From Octopus vulgaris (lineage: Eukaryota): 64,000 nt of DNA. The notes under the pieces were generated by a model. That model ran no database searches. It saw only the letters and a program-made list of their open reading frames with translations, and was not told where the DNA came from. The DNA is taken from contig OX597817.1 in assembly GCA_951406725.2 (NCBI GenBank), positions 30,380,001 to 30,444,000 on the forward strand, in the 5' to 3' direction. Shown piece after piece: positions 55,011 to 64,000 of the stretch; position 1 is the stretch's first letter; every line of letters begins with the position of its first letter. A program made the position numbers and the translations under genes.

Positions 55011-57012
55011 AATACAATAGCTCGAAACTTTGTAGAGAGAATAAACTAAATGAACATTTAGGACAGATAGCCATATCATAAAAGTTCAATGTGTAGTTTA
55101 TCTTACACTTCTTATTTTAATATTCAAATTTTTTCCATGCTGAAGAAAGAGTCTGTCTCTGCTCTGAGACCAAGATGAAATCAGCATCTTAGTTTCTGAT
55201 TCTTTAAGCAATTGGACAAACAACTCAGTTTAATTTATTTTGAAATGTTTAATGAAAGTTTGCTTGTATTTTCTCTTTAAATAATCAGGATTTCTTCCAA
55301 CAAAAGCAAGATAATATTTTCAGAGAAAAGGATATTATGACTATGTCAATAATTTTGTTTAATTTTCGTCCATTCTATAACTTCAGAGCATCAGAGGAAA
55401 GATCTAATGAAGTTCAACTTGAGCTCAGAATTCAACTCCAAGTTCTAAAACAAAAAGTGAAAGGCTTCTTAGAGTGGCATGATATTGTTTATTACAGAGG
55501 CTGAATTTAGTAAATTATAATGATTTTCTGGAAGGGATGAAGAGCAGTTTCAACCACATGGGATTTCAACTTAGATATGTGAGGCACCAAATTTATCATC
55601 ATGAATTATGTAGTTCAGCACTCCACACACTGCACCATAAATAACATTGTTATATTTAGTTTTATCTAAACACACAAAGGAACAAATAATTCAGATTAAA
55701 TTATTTACAAATCTAGTACTTTACATATTTAGAATTAAATCTCATAGCAAAGGTCAAACTTGTATTCAGAGATAGTGGATAGATGTCAGTAGTTCAGAAA
55801 TAGTTCAGGAAAGTAACTCAAATAAAACCAATTATAGCTGCATTCAAAACTGAAATATTTTTACCCTCTCATACAATAATTTCCTTTACATTGGTACTAA
55901 ATATTAAAAAAACAAAACAACTAATCTAATAGTCTATTTAAAATGTCCACTTTGCTTCCATAACAAATACAACTACTGTTTTACTTTTCTATTTTTATTA
56001 ATTAGTAGTCCTGTTTATTTTTTTCTGAAACTTTACAAGTAGCAACCAGTAATATTTTGTGTCATTTGGTAAATTCAAATGCTGGAGCAATTTATCAAAC
56101 ATTCAAAAACTAATTAGGTGAAACAATTAACGAAAGAAAATAAATAACAAAATAAAAACATTATAATGAGATATTCTGTCTAAGCATTAAATAAATAAAA
56201 AATATATCCATCCTAGCGTTAGTGATAATGCTACAAATTCAGAAGGAAACGCCGAAGTATGTGGTTTTATGGTGCTAAATATTTGTATGAGTAGCAGTAG
56301 CAGACTCTTGAGATGAAGCCTCAATAAAGGCTTCAAAGAAGAATATCCTGGAGCTTTCAACAGGTTTAGAGCATGAACTTTATCTCAGTACAACTAGTTA
56401 ATTTAGCACTCGTTAGTTATCCAATCCTATTATTTATACAAGCATTTCATCTCATTTATAGGCAGGTAAATTTGGTGACACACTATTGGGGATGTGATAT
56501 GAACCCTCAAACCTTTCATTTCTTTTCTAACAGCCTGTTGCTAAATAAAGTAAGAGTATTGCATATTTTCTCTATTAATTCTTCTGAGCACAAATAGCAT
56601 TCATATTTTATGCTATATTTTTATTCACTGTCTTTATCAAACTTGGCTTCAAGTGAACAGGATTTTATCAGAGATTTCAAGGAATTAAGCTAGAAATATT
56701 TCTATCAAGTTCATATCTATATAAGTATTCCATTGTGTCTTAGACATTTCACTCTGAAAGTTTCATTTCATCATGTCATCGGTATATTTCTTTTATGAGG
56801 TTGACATTCTATAAAAGTGATTCATCATTGGTCTTTCTACTGCTAATCAAATCTGGAAGCAAGCAAAAGCTTATTTTGCAAAAATGTAGCAACAGATTTG
56901 TTTTATCGTATGTGTGGGCCTATGTGACACCTATTCAAAAGAAATCTTGTGTAAGTGATTTGAGACCAAGAATTCTGTTTTCTAAATACATCCATGAATA
57001 ATAGTAGTAGTA

Positions 57013-57055
<43 letters not shown>

Positions 57056-57082
57056 ATATATATCATCATTCTCATCCTCCTC

Positions 57083-57142
<60 letters not shown>

Positions 57143-57183
57143 GTTGTCGTTGTTGTTGTTATTTTTAGAGATGGTTATTTTTC

Positions 57184-57440
57184 TGCCAAATAACTACATG
57201 CACTATATATTCGTTCCTTACTTCATCTTTATCCTTTTTCTTATTTTAGTATCCTTTGTCTGAAATCTCTCGTCCAATTCTGTTTAGAATGGACTAAACA
57301 GAACAGGAAGAGACACGTGGGATCGTGAGTCGTTCAAGAAGTCGCAGGATGTGTGGCGAAAGATTTCAGGCAAAGTCACTGAAATAAGGATAATAATAAA
57401 GTGAAGAACGAGTATATATATTGCGTGTGGTTATTTGACA
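57184..57440. repeat. Imperfect ~90-bp-arm inverted repeat (foldback or PLE-terminus-like)
   Basis: TGCCAAATAACTACATGCA...CTGAAATCTCTCG is mirrored by CGAAAGATTTCAGG...TGCGTGTGGTTATTTGACA. Confidence 0.75.
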
Positions 57441-57723
57441 CAAACAAAATTTGACCGTCTCGAAATCTAACACTATCTGTTTCAACGCATGACTTCAGAT
57501 CAGGAATCTTGCAAAGCAAACACATAAATGTAATGTGTATGTGTCTGTGTCTGTGTGTGTATGTGTCCGAGCATGAGTATGTATATGGATATATATGTGT
57601 ACGAGCATGTACGTGTACGTATGGGCATGTTCTTAAAGGTCAGCCAAGGACAATTGCAAGTGTAACCAACCATGAAGAACAAATCAACACTAGAAAGAAA
57701 TCAAATGCCTATCCCTTAAGACA

Positions 57724-57982
57724 TATTTCTTTATTGACCACAAGGGGCTAAACACAGAGGGGACAAACAAGGACAGACAAAGGGATTAAGTTGATTACAT
57801 CGACCCCAGTGCGTAACTGGTACTTTATTTATCGACCCCGAAAGGATGAACAGAAAAGTCGACCTCGGCGGAATTTGAACTCAGAACGTAACGGCGGACG
57901 AAATACTGCTAAGCATTTCGCCCGGCGTGCTAACGTTTCTGCCAGCTCACCGCCTTCACGTTTCTGCCAGCTCACCGCCTTC
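57724..57982 (-). mobile_element. SINE family B with duplicated 5' end, flanked by ~138-bp direct repeats
   Basis: Family B match; flanking repeats at 57582-57719 and 57988-58125. Confidence 0.9.
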
Positions 57983-58569
57983 GGATATATATGGATATAT
58001 ATGTGTACGAGCATGTACGTGTATGTATGGGCATGTTCTCAAAGGTCAGCCAAGGACAATCGCAAGTGTAACCAACCATGAAGAACAAATCAACTCTAGA
58101 AAGAAATCAAATGCCAATCCCTTAAAACAACCACTTTAACAGTGACAAAATTACCATCTCTACATCCACACATACAAAGCAGTTTGAAACACTTAGTGCC
58201 TACTACCAACTCCAGGCCACGACAGACAGGATGCTCTGGAAGCCAAAAATTTTAATTTACGGGGACAATTTATATATATACCTGAGGAAACTTAACTAGG
58301 TCTCATAATGCAGGTAATCTGTTGCACAATGAAGTACCTGCAAGCCTGGAGAACTACGTTGCGTAGAAACAATTATAGTGATTGCAAATAAATGTCCATC
58401 CGTATTCTTTCCTATTGACTTCAACGTTTTTAATTATCTATTCACACACTACAGAAACACAAACACAAATCTGGAAGTACGTATAATACTACTACTGGAG
58501 AGCACAGAGTGAAATCTGAAAATGGACATATTTCCATGTCTATGTGCTGGTGTTGCTGTCGTTATTGCT

Positions 58570-59000
58570 GTTATTACGGGTGGACCCGTCGCTAAGGGTG
58601 TGAATGTCTAAAGAAATGCTGGTATGATTGGTCTTCATTGTAATCTTCAGCCCAAGGGAGCTAAGGGTATGAATTAGATCCTTCCTAAGCCTATATGTCC
58701 GTCAGCGCCTGTAAAAATGTCTAAAAGTCATTTCTGTATAGACCAAAACGAATTCACTGGTACCTCTTTGTTAAGGTATTCACTATACACAATCTTATAA
58801 AGTCGCAGATATTCACACTGTCGAAGGCTCGCATCACCACATCAAAGGAGCATACCGGGTCAGTTTGCTTAGCACAGGCTGAACCTTTATTAAACAGCAG
58901 CGTTTTCTTAGCGTGCACAATTACATCTATGTCCCTATCGGTAATGTCAACGAAATTCCTAGCGAATACAAATATATATATTTTTAAATTATTGATATGG
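58570..59000 (-). mobile_element. Decayed Penelope-like (Neptune-type) RT fragment
   Basis: IDVIVHAKKTLLFN...FDVVMRAFDSVNICDFIRL, then FGLYRND and LGLKITMKTN. Confidence 0.8.
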
Positions 59001-59030
59001 AAGGCGGAGTGTAACAAGAAGTTTTATTAG

Positions 59031-59133
59031 CACAACAATCGTTTCGGCTTCACTCTGCACTGTTCCCAAGTGGGCATGGAATGATGTAATGACTTTAGAT
59101 GCAATACACAATGCAAAAAGGCCTCATCAGGTG
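59031..59133 (-). ncRNA. Putative type I hammerhead ribozyme (PLE pLTR)
   Basis: Minus strand CAC-CTGATGA-GGC[...]GCC-GAAA-CGATTG-TT-GTG, then AATAAA; immediately 5' of the PLE RT fragment on the same strand. Confidence 0.65.
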
Positions 59134-59328
59134 ATTTAACATGCTTCAAAAGTTACCAGATCTACATTTCATTTTCCCTCCAAGTTATAAGCTGGTGGTG
59201 AGATACTAGCAGTCCAGACACACTTGTTTCAGGACTTACTCCGAAACAAGGTTTGGATACTACATTTAACGCCTCCTTTCTAAACCTTAATTCTCTAATT
59301 CTAAATTTAACTTATATATATTATGATT

Positions 59329-59403
59329 TATGTTTGAAAGTTCTTGTTCCCAGAACTTCTTTTTTATGTACTTAAGTTGAAGGCACCCCATTTAGCTGTT
59401 ATG

Positions 59404-59493
<90 letters not shown>

Positions 59494-59593
59494 GTGTGTA
59501 TGTGTATTTCCGATTATATATATTTGTGTGTGTGTAAACCATCAAAATATATTCAAACAGACACATAAAATGTGACCTCACTGTTTCGTTGCT
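59329..59593. repeat. Local duplication, copy 1 (copy 2 at 60709-61598)
   Basis: Unique flanks on both sides of a (TA)n(GA)n tract are shared between the copies. Confidence 0.85.
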
Positions 59594-59689
59594 ATAGATA
59601 GATTGATTGACTGACAGACAGACAGGCTGACAGGCTGACAGGCATGCAAACAGACAGAGACAGACAGGTAGATAGCTAGAAAGATAAAA

Positions 59690-59860
59690 GATGACTGTGT
59701 GGTTCAGAAGTTTACTCTCCAGCCCTGTGGCTTCGGGTTCAGTTCGGTTGCCCGATACCTTGGGCAAGTATCTTCGGGTATAGCTCTAGACAGAACAATA
59801 CCATGTGAGTGGATTCGATAGACGGAAACTGAATGAAGCCTAATGTATATATATATATAT
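59690..59860 (+). mobile_element. SINE family A, 5' half (diverged)
   Basis: GACTGTGTGGTT...CCTTGGGCAAGT...GACGGAAACTGAATGAAGCC. Confidence 0.65.
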
Positions 59861-60776
59861 CATATTTATCATCATCATCACTTAAACTCTAAGTTCCATC
59901 TTGGCAATGATTTCGTGAATTGTTTTGTAGTTGTTTCTACAGCTGGATACCTTTTCTAGCATCAATCATTTTGCAGTGTGTACTGGATGCACCCTACTGA
60001 GTCCACAATGTAACTCCGAAGCCTACAAGCACAAGGAGAGGTCCGCATTCTTATGCTTGAGGGAAGAGGTTGGGACAGAGCAGGTTCGAGTTGTAGAGGA
60101 GTTACACAGCCACCCACATATAAGTTTCATATAACCCAAGATAAAATTCCGACTAACTAAATACAAAAGACTTTATGAGTTATATATATAAAATAAAGTC
60201 TATAAAATGAATATAATATTGAGGCACGATTGTGTTTCTACAAACGTGTTATCTTCGGAGAAGAGAATCTCAAAATATCATCAGCGATACTTTTCTCAGA
60301 GTTTGTCATTTTTATTGTGGAATGAATGCTTTTCTGTTTTAGAGTTATAAAAATATAAAAGGCGTTACACCATATTCGTTTTATTACTTATCTCATATTA
60401 TGAATTTTCAATGAATGAATTTAAGGTGGGTGATTCTCACCCGGGACTTTATGCTGATAATTGTCAGGGTATATCACTCTAGTTCCATTCTCTTTACCAT
60501 GTAAGGGAAGATAACTATGTTATTGTTTGTTGAAATTTAAATAATTTTTTTTAAATCCAGACTGTATTTACATGATATTTTGCTTTTAAATAAAAGAGCA
60601 ACTTAGCAAAATTATCTCGTGTTAATGAATTCATGCCTCTTCTTATAGATTTGAAAATCCATTAAACGACACAAATCTGAATAATGTAATCTCAGTTCCT
60701 ATTATGAATTATGTTTGAAAGTTCTTGTTCCCAGAACTGCTTTTTATGTACTTAAGTTGAAGGCACCCCATTTAGC

Positions 60777-61490
<714 letters not shown>

Positions 61491-62589
61491 AAGTGTATGT
61501 ATATTTCCGATTATATATATATATTTGTGTGTGTGTAAACCATCAAATTATATTCAAACATAGACACATAGAATGTGGCCTCACTCTGTCTCGTTGCTCT
61601 CATGACAAATTTAACTTAAAGCCATTATTACTTCGTTTGACTACTTCTAATACATGATGGCATGTATCCAAATTGTAACACATGTATTTTAACCTGCAAA
61701 CTTTTGATTGTTGATCCTATATTTCAAAGTCAAATTAACTCCTATTGTTCACTTAAAGCTGTACGTGACAACCTATAAGAATATTTGAGTGAATATAAAA
61801 GTATTTGCTTCAATGTTAAGTTTAATTACGACTATATCTCGAAAAACGCTAATGTTGAAACTAAGCGGGTGCATAGCATTGTAAGAAGCGGTTAATAAGA
61901 ATCAGTCTCAAACACTTCTGTCATTTTTCTGTTGGCCAAATTAGGAGAGTTTTCAGAAAAGTTTGAAGAAATTATGTTATTTCTTTATATAAATTCATTT
62001 TTTAAAGAAAAAAATTTTCTCTTCTCTCTTTCTTCAATTAGAAAACGTTTGTTGGACATATTTTAAAGTTGGAAGTATTGACTAAAGATATTTATCACTA
62101 TAGTCAAGCAGTTTATCCACTCAACCACAATATTTCATATTAAATATGTAAGATATTGGGAGCGCATACTGACATATACTATTGTAACTTATAACATCTT
62201 AAGTTTAAACAGATTTAAATATGTATGTGGCACTATACCTTGATAAATAATAATCTACTGTAAGTAGTGTCTCCATAGTATATATTCTTCATTGTTAAAT
62301 TTCCCACAAATTCCAATCTCCAATCCTTAAAAAGGAGCCACATATTGAATAATGCGATTCTAGGTACTGTACGTCTGAATAAAAAGAAGGGCTGGTCATT
62401 ATTAAGTCACGTCTTTATCATAGTTGTACTTGACTAAAACAAACCCTGCGACTAAACAACATAACAAGAAGATCTACCTCAATATAAGGCATATCTGGGG
62501 GAGCAGAATATGGTCCAGTCACTCATATAGTTAATCAGGTTATCCGAAGGCATACTCAATGACTGGTGCAGAAGCATTTTAGTCAACCC

Positions 62590-63817
62590 CTTAGACAGAA
62601 ATAATTAAAGGCGCGAAACTGTTGGACCGAGCCATGAAAGTTACAGAGAGGATCACAACTCAAATAATTAGGAAGAGAGCTAGCCTAGATGATATGCAGT
62701 TCGGTTTTATGCCAGAGAGAAGCACTACTTATGTTATCTACCTACTAATGTAACTTCAAGAAAACCTTTGTATTTGGCTTTTGTAGACCTAGGGAAATCT
62801 TTGGCAGAATCCCCCCTCCATCATCTGGTGGTCAATGCAGAAACTAGGGATAGATAAGTGGTTGGTGAAAGCAGTACAAGCCATGTTGTCAGTAAAATGA
62901 AGGTCGGCAATGAATAATCAGCAATAAATTTAGTGTACAAGTAGGAGTTCACCAAGGATCGGTTTACAACCCCTTCATGTTTATCATGCTCCTTCAGGGC
63001 ATAACAGAGGGATTTAATACTGGCTGCCATTAGGAGTTCCTCTACGCTGATGACATTGTTCTTATAGCTGAATCACTATCTGAACGAGAGAGGAAACTTC
63101 AGGTGCGGAAGCAACGTCTGAAATATAAGGGCCTTCGACATGATCCAGTTAAGACCAAAGTCATAGTAAGTAGGAAAACAGACAAATCTCAAATCCCTTC
63201 GATATGTGGGAAAGGTGTTGGTAGTATCTCCATACGGTGTTCCCAGTGCAAGCTATAAGCACATAAGAGGCGCAGCAGTATCACGGAAAGGTTAACAAAA
63301 AAAAAACAGTCTTTGTGTGTATGGCAGATATGTAGGTACAATAAACACTAAGAATGTACGGAGAATAGATTTCCTCAGATGTTCTAGAGGTTTTTTAGAA
63401 GTACTAGATAGCTTCCGTTAGCAGCAGAGGAGCAGGTTCTGAAAGCGTAGTTGCTAGAATAAGAACAGGCCTTGCAAAGTTCAGAGAGCTACTAACTTTG
63501 CTGGTAACAAAGGGCCCCTCCTTAAGGGTGAAGTTTAGATTGTATAATGCCTGGGTACGTACAGCTAAACTACATGTCAATAAAACATGGGCTATGACTA
63601 CAGAGGACATGCGAAGGCTTGAAAGAAATGAAACCAGCAGATTTCACTGGATGGGCAATGTCAGTGTGCAAATGCAGCAGAGTGTAAATGACTTAAGAGG
63701 ATAATTGAATATAGGAGGCATCAGATGTAGTGTGCAAGAAAGAAGACTACGCTGGTTTGGTCATGACACGTTGCCGTTCTTACATTCAGATATGTCTTCT
63801 GCGTCTCTCTCCCTCTC

Positions 63818-63869
<52 letters not shown>

Positions 63870-64000
63870 AACCGAGAAGTCTTTCCTCATGTGCCGGTGT
63901 CGCGTAAAAGCGCCTGTGTTGGTGCCACATTAAAAGTATCAAGTACACTCTGTAAAATGGTTGGTGCTAGGTAGGGCATCCAGCTGTAGAAACCATACCT
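62590..64000 (+). mobile_element. Decayed RTE-clade LINE (RT, C-terminus and start of 3' UTR), running off the window
   Basis: MQFGFMPERSTT, VGVHQGS, LYADDIVLIAE, LYNAWVRT, ERNETS and RRLRWFGH; UTR motif GGGCATCCAGCTGTAGAAAC. Protein is similar to ORF 38420-38779. Confidence 0.9.

Noticed and set aside
60215-60290. Minus-strand CTGATGA with a possible stem II, near faint PLE C-terminal remnants
   Set aside because: No correctly placed GAAA, stem III or stem I.

Overview
AT-rich eukaryotic (animal) DNA with dense microsatellites and transposable elements. The SINE families and repeat landscape look like an octopus (coleoid cephalopod) genome; this is recognition from memory, not a database result. 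I see no recognisable host protein-coding gene, rRNA, genuine tRNA gene or CRISPR array, so the window reads as intronic or intergenic. Contents: (i) many tRNA-headed SINEs of several families (my labels A, B, D, E); (ii) decayed non-LTR retrotransposons, namely a CR1/Zenon-like LINE, RTE-clade LINEs and 3' UTR fragments, two Dong/R4-type RLE elements inside (TAA)n, and four Neptune-type Penelope-like (PLE) fragments; (iii) two mariner fossils, a mariner MITE and a TTAA/piggyBac-type MITE; (iv) long di- and trinucleotide arrays. The most notable unexplained signal is a set of distinct type I hammerhead-ribozyme-like motifs with palindromic stem III, often in inverted repeats or next to PLE fragments. 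One head-to-head pair has the core GUGAACA, a compensatory G3-C8 swap of the C3-G8 tertiary pair. Also notable: a 3' tail shared by SINE-A and the CR1-like LINE, a ~138-bp duplication flanking a SINE, and a 6-kb trinucleotide array repeatedly hit by retroelements. Boundaries of degenerate elements are approximate.
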